From the NCBI GenBank assembly GCA_032123335.1, contig JAQBFN010000050.1:904-64903 (forward strand): DNA of 64,000 bases, in the 5' to 3' direction. The notes beneath the pieces are model-generated. The model saw only the letters and a list, made by a program, of their open reading frames with translations. It ran no database searches and was not told where the DNA came from. This DNA is from Candidatus Micrarchaeota archaeon (GTDB lineage: Archaea > Micrarchaeota > Micrarchaeia > Anstonellales > Bilamarchaeaceae). Position numbers and translations under genes: made by a program. Below are positions 35,572-43,137 of the stretch, one piece after another (positions within the stretch are counted from its first letter, which is position 1; each line of letters begins with the position of its first letter).

Positions 35572-35784
35572 ATGAATAAAAAAGAGCTCAGGTTCACTGC
35601 TAATTTCCAGGAAGATTTTGCACACGAATTAATGGAGCAGGACGCAAAGGCAATAAACGAAGTCACTCCTGGTTTCCTTCTCCCCCCTAAGCTTGAGCTT
35701 CCCGGGCAGGACAACACAATAAAGCGCATTGAAGGCAGGACAATGCTTTCCATGCCGTTCATGAAGAAGAAAAAGGAGGAGTAA
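35572..35784 (+). CDS. hypothetical small protein (70 aa)
   Basis: ORF only. Weak ribosome-binding site and no motif. Confidence 0.25.
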   Translation: MNKKELRFTANFQEDFAHELMEQDAKAINEVTPGFLLPPKLELPGQDNTIKRIEGRTMLSMPFMKKKKEE

Positions 35785-35848
35785 TTCTCTTTTACCAGCC
35801 TATGGCTATCACTCACCCATAAACTTTTTAAAAATATCCAAAAAGGGT

Positions 35849-36172
35849 TTACCCAAAGGAAATTCCGCCGGTTCCCCTAAGGATGTATTCGATTGTCTTT
35901 CCTACTTCCTGCACTTTCTTTTTGTAAATATCCGAAAGGGTTTCCCCTCCTGAAGATGAGTATTTCGCCACCCCGCTGTCATCCTTTTTTATAAGCTTTA
36001 TGGACTCAAGCTTCTCCAGTGCATCATAGGTTTTGGAGCGTGCAATTTTGAGATTTTTGATTAGTTTGCCCGCGGTAATGCTGGGGTGGGAGCACACGTA
36101 AATGTAAATGCTGGATTCTTTTTCAGAGAGCCCCAAAAATCCAAGGGACCCCTTAATGTCCTGTTTCACCAT
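35849..36172 (-). CDS. TrmB-family wHTH transcriptional regulator (short)
   Basis: LGLSEKESSIYIYVCSHPSITAGKLIKNLKIARSKTYDALEKLESIKLIKK is a TrmB N-terminal wHTH pattern. Confidence 0.65.
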   Translation of the reverse strand: MVKQDIKGSLGFLGLSEKESSIYIYVCSHPSITAGKLIKNLKIARSKTYDALEKLESIKLIKKDDSGVAKYSSSGGETLSDIYKKKVQEVGKTIEYILRGTGGISFG

Positions 36173-36229
36173 ACAAACTACTTTAGCTATGGAAAGCCTT
36201 TTAATATCACCCGCGCCCGCACCGACGCA

Positions 36230-36862
36230 CTATTCCTTCAGCTGCCGGTAGAATGTAAGCGCATTCAGTGAAAACAGCATCATCAGGAGCAGGGTCCCGA
36301 GGAAGAGCCCGGTTTTTGCAGTGAAATGCATCTCATCAATCTGCTTCTTGGTTTCCCGCATGTTCGCTATGCTTGTACTCACATCCTCTTCAATCGCCGT
36401 TATTCCCAAAGTAGTTGAAATGGTGTCCTCTTTGATGCTTTCCATCGAATCCGCAGTCTCCTGCATCGAAACAGCAGTTTCGCCCATGTCCGATGCGGTT
36501 GAGTAAAGAGAGCCAGTGACATCAGAAGGCATATACGGGATTGCCCCAATTGCGCCCGCAAGCCCGTTTACTGCCCCGGACATATCCACCATCACATCTG
36601 CAGAGCTCTGGAGCGTTGCATATGCATCGGTTGCAAACTCCCCGAAGGAATCTACTGAACTAGCCGTGGAATTCACAACCAACCTCGTATTCTCCAATAC
36701 TGAAATTACTGCATCCACCTGCCCGATGCTTATTTCATGTACCGAATCCAGCAACCCGTTGAATATGAAAAAGAACCATAAAACCAGGAGTATCCCTACT
36801 ACGCTTACCCCTACCCCGAAAACAGCAATCGTTTTGTCAAGGCTGCCCTTTTTCTCTGCCAT
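36230..36862 (-). CDS. membrane protein with extracytoplasmic helical S/T/D-rich domain between two TM helices
   Basis: Start taken at MAEKKGSLDK. TM helices near both ends. The central region is helical and low in hydrophobics. Upstream of the TrmB gene on the same strand. Confidence 0.55.
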   Translation of the reverse strand: MAEKKGSLDKTIAVFGVGVSVVGILLVLWFFFIFNGLLDSVHEISIGQVDAVISVLENTRLVVNSTASSVDSFGEFATDAYATLQSSADVMVDMSGAVNGLAGAIGAIPYMPSDVTGSLYSTASDMGETAVSMQETADSMESIKEDTISTTLGITAIEEDVSTSIANMRETKKQIDEMHFTAKTGLFLGTLLLMMLFSLNALTFYRQLKE

Positions 36863-36931
36863 GGGAAACCCTAAACACTGCAATAATAAAAAGATATGCA
36901 AAAGCAAAAAGAAAAAGGAAAAAGGGAAGGG

Positions 36932-37237
36932 CTACTTCTTTGCAACCTTCTCCTCCTTCAGCACTTTCTTCGCAATCAGGAAAACCACGAGCGCGATTAT
37001 GAGGAAGTAAATCAGCGATGCAAGGAATGGCCCCCACCCAATTACGAACGGCCCAAGCGCCACAGTTGCGGTTTCCCATCCTCCTCCTGGAATAAGCGGG
37101 TTCACAAGTGGCATGATCACGTTGTCTACAAGGGATTTCACCAAATCATTGGTTGCCGCGGCGATAATGAACGCTACCGCAAGCCCAATAACTTTATACT
37201 CTTTCAGGAATTCCATGAATTCTCCTTTCACTCCCAT
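36932..37237 (-). CDS. mscL: large-conductance mechanosensitive channel
   Basis: MGVKGEFMEFLKEYKVIGLAVAFIIAAATNDLVKSLVDNVIMPLV...FLASLIYFLIIALVVFLIAK matches the MscL TM1/TM2 pattern. The track ORF N-terminal extension was discarded. Confidence 0.8.
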   Translation of the reverse strand: MGVKGEFMEFLKEYKVIGLAVAFIIAAATNDLVKSLVDNVIMPLVNPLIPGGGWETATVALGPFVIGWGPFLASLIYFLIIALVVFLIAKKVLKEEKVAKK

Positions 37238-37307
37238 AAGTGCACCTGTTACCCCCAGCCCAAGCAACTTATTAAACTTTATGCGGGAGAACCTACCGGG
37301 TGGAAAG

Positions 37308-37547
37308 ATGGCAAAAGACCACAACGTAGGCATGATTGACCGCTTATTCAGGGTAGTTTTCGGAATCACATTCATCACAGGGGGGCTCATTTACCTGGCT
37401 CCCCCTGTTTCATACCTGCTCCTGCTGCTTGGTGCAATACTCGTACTCACCGGGCTTTTGGGCAAGTGCCCTGCATACTCCTTCCTTGGCATAAACACGT
37501 GCGGGGGAATGTGCGACCTCAAGAAGATGCCCAAGTCAAAGAGATAA
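37308..37547 (+). CDS. DUF2892 (YgaP-like) small membrane protein
   Basis: MIDRLFRVVFGITFITGGL...LLGAILVLTGLLGKCPAYSFLG is the characteristic DUF2892 pattern. Confidence 0.65.
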   Translation: MAKDHNVGMIDRLFRVVFGITFITGGLIYLAPPVSYLLLLLGAILVLTGLLGKCPAYSFLGINTCGGMCDLKKMPKSKR

Positions 37548-37563
37548 ACCAGGTGTATCCCAA

Positions 37564-38259
37564 ATGAACAATTCAGATAAAATCGTTCCAGTACTCGCAG
37601 GATTATTCGTGGTGCTGCTAATAGCCGCGATATTCTTTGGGCCCCAAACTCAGCAGCAGGAAACCCCTGAGCCCGAACCCGAAGAAGAGCTGGAGCCGGA
37701 GGAATCCCCGGAGCCTGCACCTGAGCCTGAAGAGGAACCCGCCCCAGAAGAAGGTGAACCAGAAATGAAAGAAATCGCAGTTATCGAAACATCCAAAGGA
37801 ACCATTGAAATTGCGCTCGACCGGAAGAACTCCCCCATAACCGTGGAGAACTTCGTAACCTATGCAAATGAAGGCTTCTACGATGGAACGATATTCCATC
37901 GTGTAATCCCCGGATTCATGGTCCAGGGAGGCGGAATGACTCCGGATGGAGCCGAGAAGGAGGTCCACGCGCCCATAAAGCTCGAATCCAAGAATGGGCT
38001 CAAGAACACCAGGGGCACAATCGCAATGGCCCGCACAATGGTCCCTGATTCCGCCACTTCCCAGTTTTTCATAAGCACTGCGGACAACCCGTTCCTGGAT
38101 TACGCGCCCGGAAACGATGGATATGCAGTATTTGGGAAGGTTGTTTCCGGAATGGACGTGGTTGAATCATTGGAATCTGTGGAAACTGCAACCAATGGAA
38201 TGCACGGGGACTGGCCGGTGGAGGACGTGGTAATTACGCGGATTTACCTAAAGCAGTGA
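37564..38259 (+). CDS. membrane-anchored cyclophilin-type peptidyl-prolyl cis-trans isomerase
   Basis: N-terminal TM helix and PE-rich spacer (ETPEPEPEEELEPEESPEPAPEPEEEPAPEE). FHRVIPGFMVQGG and GTIAMAR cyclophilin motifs. Confidence 0.85.
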   Translation: MNNSDKIVPVLAGLFVVLLIAAIFFGPQTQQQETPEPEPEEELEPEESPEPAPEPEEEPAPEEGEPEMKEIAVIETSKGTIEIALDRKNSPITVENFVTYANEGFYDGTIFHRVIPGFMVQGGGMTPDGAEKEVHAPIKLESKNGLKNTRGTIAMARTMVPDSATSQFFISTADNPFLDYAPGNDGYAVFGKVVSGMDVVESLESVETATNGMHGDWPVEDVVITRIYLKQ

Positions 38260-38366
38260 TTATGGTTATTTGTGTTAAAAATATGCAAAAAGCGTAGCTT
38301 TAAATACTAGCGTTGAGTAATACATATGGAGTTCTAGGAATTCTGAATGTTTAGGGTGATTCATCT

Positions 38367-38516
38367 ATGTACCATATATGCGCCAATTGCAGAACCCGTG
38401 GAAAGGACCGTTCTTATTCCTACCCAAAGGGTTGGCGCTCAAGGGCCCTAAATAAAGAAATTGTGCTTCTTTGCCCGGTCTGCCAGGCAAAGCTTGTTAA
38501 TGGAGTAATTGCTTGA
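38367..38516 (+). CDS. small zinc-ribbon protein, paralog A (49 aa)
   Basis: Hand translation: MYHICANCRTRGKDRSYSYPKGWRSRALNKEIVLLCPVCQAKLVNGVIA (CxxC...CPxC). Below the track cut-off. Confidence 0.5.
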   Translation: MYHICANCRTRGKDRSYSYPKGWRSRALNKEIVLLCPVCQAKLVNGVIA

Positions 38517-38597
38517 GAGCATTTTTATCAGTGAATCGGTGCAGACCCACTCGTTCTTAGGGAATTGGTGAAGAAACACTTCTTCAAGGTGAATACC

Positions 38598-38750
38598 ATG
38601 TACTACCACATATGCGCAAACTGCAGAACCCGCGAAAAGGACAAGTCTTTTTCCCACCCGAAGGGTTGGCGCTCAAGAGCAGTAAATCAAGCGATTGTGC
38701 TTCTTTGCCCGGCCTGCCAGGTGAAGTGCATTCACGGAGTAATCTCCTGA
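38598..38750 (+). CDS. small zinc-ribbon protein, paralog B (50 aa)
   Basis: MYYHICANCRTREKDKSFSHPKGWRSRAVNQAIVLLCPACQVKCIHGVIS. Tandem duplicate of 38367-38516, including a GGTGA-type leader. Confidence 0.5.
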   Translation: MYYHICANCRTREKDKSFSHPKGWRSRAVNQAIVLLCPACQVKCIHGVIS

Positions 38751-38780
38751 TTTTATAAAGATTCTCTACATTCTTTTTCT

Positions 38781-40577
38781 ATGAAATTCATCTCAATCGT
38801 ATCCATATTGCTGCTTTTGGCAGCGGTTTCTTTTTCTGCGGATACCCGTTCAGAGTGTTATGCAGATTGCCAGGAAGAATATGATACTGCTGTTGCTGCA
38901 GCCCAGGCCATGGCCGCATCCGGCCAATACACTGAAACCGTTACTTACGGGGGAACCTGCCCGCGCACCAGCTCATACGGCGGCTCGGGCCCATACGCAA
39001 ACCTCGCGAAGTGCGTTGCAGTCCAGCAAATCTGCATTGATGGCGGCAGTTCGGATTGCTCCTCCCAGCTCCAGTCCTGCTGCCTTGAAGAGGCTATTCT
39101 CTCATGGAGCAGGACCAAGGACAACTGCGAATCCAACTGCGATTACAATTTTCCCGATGATGACGATGGCCCCTACCCTGGAGGATATGAAGATTATGCG
39201 GGGGACGAAATCTGCCCAACCTCATGCATAAACGGCAAAATCTACAAAATGGTTTACACTGGATACGGAATATGTGAAGTCCAGGACCTTACCCCAATCG
39301 AAACCTGCCCCAACGGATGCGTTCCAGATAATCCCCATGTGGGATGCAGGCCAGCAGCAGAAGACCTTTGCTCTGATTTCTATGACCGCTTTGATGAGGA
39401 ATCCTGCTATGGAAACACCCATTATTACAATTGCTACTGCGACCCATTGAATGGAGAGCCCAGGTGCGAACTTGAGGAATGCCCCCAGGGATGCGATTCT
39501 GCAGGCCTGAGATGCAAACAAGATAAATGCACAGGAACCAGCTGCCAGGACAGGTGCGAAAGCCCTGGAAATGATTTCGAGAGCATACAAAGAAATGGCG
39601 CCTGCAATCCAAATACCGGGGAATGTGTCTATAGTGAAAATATTGTATGCACTGCAGGGTGCTCCATGGTTGGGGGAAAACCTTCCTGCAATGAAGACTG
39701 CGACAACGGGCTTGATGATGATATGGACGGGCTTGCGGACTGTGCAGATACAAGCTGCTCAACAAGCCTCTATTGCTCCTGTGAGAAGATAGGGGGGTAT
39801 ACAGGCTCTATAGGAGGGAAGCCCATGGTGATATTGATTGGGGGGTATTCTTTCCCCGATACTACCTTTTTCTATAATTACAAGAACCGGGATGAAGAAG
39901 TGAAGTCTGATGCGAACAGGATAGCAAGTGCGCTTCGGACAACGTCACCATTTAATGAGATGAGCTTTGAAATTTACGCTACCAGGCTGCCCCAGGGTGT
40001 GTTCACAGGCCCCTGGAGGAGCGACCTTCTTTCCAAGTGTTCTGGAAAAGGGGGGGAGTTCACCTTGTTCCTGAATTACAAAGACAGCACAAGCCTTTCC
40101 AGAAGCAAGCTGTTTTCCATGAGCGCCACTGTTTACAGGGGCACCGGGAACCCTTCCAATGCAGACCTGGAGCTCACTGTTTTGCATGAGATGGGGCATG
40201 GATTTGCAGGGCTTTGGGATGAATACACCATAGCAAAGGAAATCGGCTTGGGCACAGGGACCCTTGCCGTGATGAGGGATTCGGTTTTCTCTAAAAAAGC
40301 GAACTGCGCAATTGCCCCTGATATTCCAACCTGCCAGGAGTACTTCTCCAAGTTCAATGTTTCCTACACCTGCGAAAAGGGATGCAGTGCCGGGGCATGG
40401 TACAGGCCTTCAAAGGAAAGCATCATGAATAATGTACATTCCTCCTCGCAATTCAACGAAGTGAGCAAGAAGATAATAAGGGACAGGATAAATGCATTTG
40501 CACATCCTCCCCTTCCCAGGACCACAGCCTCCTGGGAGAACTGGGCGCATGGAAGGAATCCTGAGCCATTGAGGTGA
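38781..40577 (+). CDS. secreted Cys-rich protein with C-terminal M64 (IgA-peptidase)-like HExxH domain
   Basis: Signal peptide MKFISIVSILLLLAAVSFSA. About 50 Cys in the N-terminal half, including CDNGLDDDMDGLADCADTSC. VLHEMGHGFAGLWDEY resembles the M64 HExGHxFxGLxDEY site. Confidence 0.65.
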   Translation: MKFISIVSILLLLAAVSFSADTRSECYADCQEEYDTAVAAAQAMAASGQYTETVTYGGTCPRTSSYGGSGPYANLAKCVAVQQICIDGGSSDCSSQLQSCCLEEAILSWSRTKDNCESNCDYNFPDDDDGPYPGGYEDYAGDEICPTSCINGKIYKMVYTGYGICEVQDLTPIETCPNGCVPDNPHVGCRPAAEDLCSDFYDRFDEESCYGNTHYYNCYCDPLNGEPRCELEECPQGCDSAGLRCKQDKCTGTSCQDRCESPGNDFESIQRNGACNPNTGECVYSENIVCTAGCSMVGGKPSCNEDCDNGLDDDMDGLADCADTSCSTSLYCSCEKIGGYTGSIGGKPMVILIGGYSFPDTTFFYNYKNRDEEVKSDANRIASALRTTSPFNEMSFEIYATRLPQGVFTGPWRSDLLSKCSGKGGEFTLFLNYKDSTSLSRSKLFSMSATVYRGTGNPSNADLELTVLHEMGHGFAGLWDEYTIAKEIGLGTGTLAVMRDSVFSKKANCAIAPDIPTCQEYFSKFNVSYTCEKGCSAGAWYRPSKESIMNNVHSSSQFNEVSKKIIRDRINAFAHPPLPRTTASWENWAHGRNPEPLR

Positions 40578-40582
40578 TTGTT

Positions 40583-41140
40583 ATGAAATTCGCATATGCA
40601 ATATTTGGCTTGTTCCTGATTTCTTTGGTGTCGGCAGAAGCCCTGCTTGTAACAGTGGAATATAATCAGGGAACTATGGGCATAACTTATGTAGAGCTGC
40701 TTGAAGGGCCTGAGCCGGGCTATTCCAGCGATGGAGACTTTATTCTTGCATATGAGACCCCCTCCGGGACAATACCCGGAACTGCATTCTACATGCCCCT
40801 GATAACAAGCACACAGGAAGAAGAGATTTTTGTCTCTGAGCAGGCAGAACAGACCCTCACGATACCCTATGAGTCCGGGGCAGACAGCCTTTCACTTTAT
40901 GATAGGGAAGGGAACCTGCTTGCCAGCTTCAGCCTCCAGGGAATTTCAGGGGAAGGGGACTACAAAGGAACTCCCCCTTCCGAAAGCATAGCAGGGAAGA
41001 GCGGGAAGCCCTCTGTTTCCGGCGCACTGGATACTGCTTTGAGCACAAGCGCAGGAGATTCCTCCTCCTCTTCCGAAGAGGGCTGCTGCGGTCCCGCGTT
41101 CATCCTTCTCGCTGCCCTTCTCTTTGCACGGAGGGCATGA
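40583..41140 (+). CDS. secreted protein with CGP-CTERM-like sorting tail
   Basis: ATG after GAGGTGA. Signal peptide MKFAYAIFGLFLISLVSAEA. Ser-rich stalk, then EEGCCGPAFILLAALLFARRA at the C-terminus. Confidence 0.6.
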   Translation: MKFAYAIFGLFLISLVSAEALLVTVEYNQGTMGITYVELLEGPEPGYSSDGDFILAYETPSGTIPGTAFYMPLITSTQEEEIFVSEQAEQTLTIPYESGADSLSLYDREGNLLASFSLQGISGEGDYKGTPPSESIAGKSGKPSVSGALDTALSTSAGDSSSSSEEGCCGPAFILLAALLFARRA

Positions 41141-41141
41141 A

Positions 41142-41522
41142 ATGGTTAACCTGGACAAGATTCTGGTAAAAAGGACCGCACAGGCGCACAAATCTTTTTT
41201 TGGAAAGCGCATCACTGCCCTTTCTGAGCGGATTGGGGGGGTTTCCGCAGCCGCAGCCCTCAACATCGTTTTCACGGCAGCCCTCGGCTTCATAATCACC
41301 TTCCCTATCTACGAAGTAGGGGGATTCTGGCTTGCCCTCCCAACCGGCGCATTCACACTTCTCCTCATGCTTTTGCTTTCCTTGGGAATCCTTTCCTACA
41401 GATTCCAGCTTGAAAAGCCCTATGCCCGCAAGCTCCTCGTATTCGCAATCCTTTTCTCCCTCCCATTCGGGCTCCTGAGCCTTCCCCTCCTGCAAGAGCT
41501 CAGCACAAACAAGAAGGAATAA
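41142..41522 (+). CDS. hypothetical membrane protein
   Basis: ATG 7 nt after GGAGGG. Three to four TM helices. Same-strand continuation of the 38781-41140 genes. Confidence 0.5.
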   Translation: MVNLDKILVKRTAQAHKSFFGKRITALSERIGGVSAAAALNIVFTAALGFIITFPIYEVGGFWLALPTGAFTLLLMLLLSLGILSYRFQLEKPYARKLLVFAILFSLPFGLLSLPLLQELSTNKKE

Positions 41523-41547
41523 AACCCTTCCCTGATTATCCATTTCA

Positions 41548-42381
41548 ATGAAGAAGCTGGATATCACAGTAACCAAGCAGGACGGAAGCAAGGAGAGATT
41601 CAACCCTGAAAAAGTAAGGCGCGCACTCCGCAGGACCGGCCTCACCACAAAGGAAGCGGATACTGCGCTCAAGCTCCTTTACCCTCACCTCAAGGACGGA
41701 ATAACCACCCGCCAGATTTACTCCAAGCTCTACTCAATAATCCGCAGCCTCCGCCCGGAAAAGAAATACCGCTTCAACCTGAAGCGCGCGTTCCAGCTTC
41801 TTGGCCCCGCGGGCTATGAGTTTGAGGATTACACCGCAAAGCTCTTCCGCCGTCTCGGATACACAACCGAACTCCGTGCAATACCCTCAGGGAAATGCGT
41901 AACCCACGAAATTGACGTAATTGCCCGCAAAGGAAAGGAGAAATTGATGGTGGAGTGCAAGTTCCGCAATGAGCCCGGAGCAAAATGCCGCATCCAGACC
42001 GCGCTTTACATATACGCACGCTTCCTTGACCTTGTGGATGGCGCAAAGCTCCACTCCAAGCGCCCATTTACAAAACCCTGCCTGGTAACCAATGCCAAAT
42101 TCTCCTCAGATGCAAGGGAGTATTCAAGATGCAGGGGTATGCGCTTAATCGGATGGAGATACCCTGCCCAGGAAAGCCTTGAGATTCTCGCGGACCGCAC
42201 CAAATGCTACCCAGTAAGCGTAATCAACATGAAGCAGCACACCCTCCGAAAGCTTCTCAAGAACAAATTCATAATCGTGCAGGATATTCCCAATGACCCT
42301 GACGAGCTCGTAAAGATTGTAGGGCTTTCCCCCACAAATGCAAAAAGAATAGTAAAGGAAGCGCAGGATGCAAGAAAATAA
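41548..42381 (+). CDS. ATP-cone domain fused to Mrr-type (PD-(D/E)xK) restriction endonuclease domain
   Basis: ATP-cone: ITVTKQDGSKERFNPEKVRRALRRTGL...ITTRQIYSKLYSII. Mrr_cat: GYEFEDYTAKLFRRLGYT...HEIDVIARKGKEKLMVECKFR. C-terminal HhH-like VGLSPTNAKRIVKEA. Confidence 0.75.
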   Translation: MKKLDITVTKQDGSKERFNPEKVRRALRRTGLTTKEADTALKLLYPHLKDGITTRQIYSKLYSIIRSLRPEKKYRFNLKRAFQLLGPAGYEFEDYTAKLFRRLGYTTELRAIPSGKCVTHEIDVIARKGKEKLMVECKFRNEPGAKCRIQTALYIYARFLDLVDGAKLHSKRPFTKPCLVTNAKFSSDAREYSRCRGMRLIGWRYPAQESLEILADRTKCYPVSVINMKQHTLRKLLKNKFIIVQDIPNDPDELVKIVGLSPTNAKRIVKEAQDARK

Positions 42382-42438
42382 CCCCCTGAAACAATACTTA
42401 TTTAAACACTCATCTACACTATCTATCAAGGTGGAAAA

Positions 42439-43068
42439 ATGAAGTTCTCAGATCTTATGCCTTCAGACCAGAACAGGCTTACGGTACTAGTAGTAGAGGA
42501 TAATCCGGAATTTGCAAGAAATGCACAGGAAGCGCTTTTCCGTTCACAAACTGTTATTGTTGCATCTGAACTTAGTGGCGCCCTTTCCATGATAAGGAGC
42601 ACGAAGATAGATCTCATTCTAAGCGATGTTCGCTTTCCCTCCAAGCCTAAGGAGGAGCCAAAGGAAAACATCCGGGAGCTCCTGTTCGATGCAATGGAAA
42701 GAACAATTCCAATCTGCTTTGTTACCCAGGCAGACCACCACGGGCTTACCGAGCTAAATGAAAGTGGATATGTAGCGATTCGTGCCCTGAATATGGATGA
42801 CCTTGCGCAAAGCCTCTTTGAAATCACCAGGAAAAGAAACAGGGAAAAGAAGCTTTTCAGCCAGCTCAAAACAGGGAACAGCAAAACAATTACTTCGGAT
42901 TCCAAGACCCCTGAAATCTGGTCCAGTGCCCTGGACATGCTCAGGAATGCATGTGCACAGCCTAATCGCCCGGTTGCAAAAGCAATAGAGCAGGTTTGCG
43001 GGCTGGGGCTCTCAGTAACAGCAAAGAAAGGAATGCCCCAGGTAATCCCTGCCCGCGGCAAAAAATAA
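42439..43068 (+). CDS. orphan response-regulator receiver (REC)-like protein
   Basis: VLVVEDN, DLILSDVRFP (acceptor Asp position), PICFVTQ. No output domain recognised and no histidine kinase in the window. Confidence 0.65.
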   Translation: MKFSDLMPSDQNRLTVLVVEDNPEFARNAQEALFRSQTVIVASELSGALSMIRSTKIDLILSDVRFPSKPKEEPKENIRELLFDAMERTIPICFVTQADHHGLTELNESGYVAIRALNMDDLAQSLFEITRKRNREKKLFSQLKTGNSKTITSDSKTPEIWSSALDMLRNACAQPNRPVAKAIEQVCGLGLSVTAKKGMPQVIPARGKK

Positions 43069-43137
43069 TCCTTTTTTCTTCCTTTAATTTACACAAATCG
43101 ATACCTTTTTAAACACCTTTAGACACAATTAATACCA

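Noticed and set aside
38448-38657. 69-aa minus-strand ORF bridging the twin zinc-ribbon genes
   Set aside because: It is explained by the two plus-strand paralogs, which share Cys spacing and ribosome-binding sites. The minus product has no conserved features.
42426-43061. 211-aa minus-strand ORF
   Set aside because: It mirrors the REC-like gene almost exactly. The plus-strand product has receiver-domain motifs, while the minus product is Ser/Phe-rich and motif-free.
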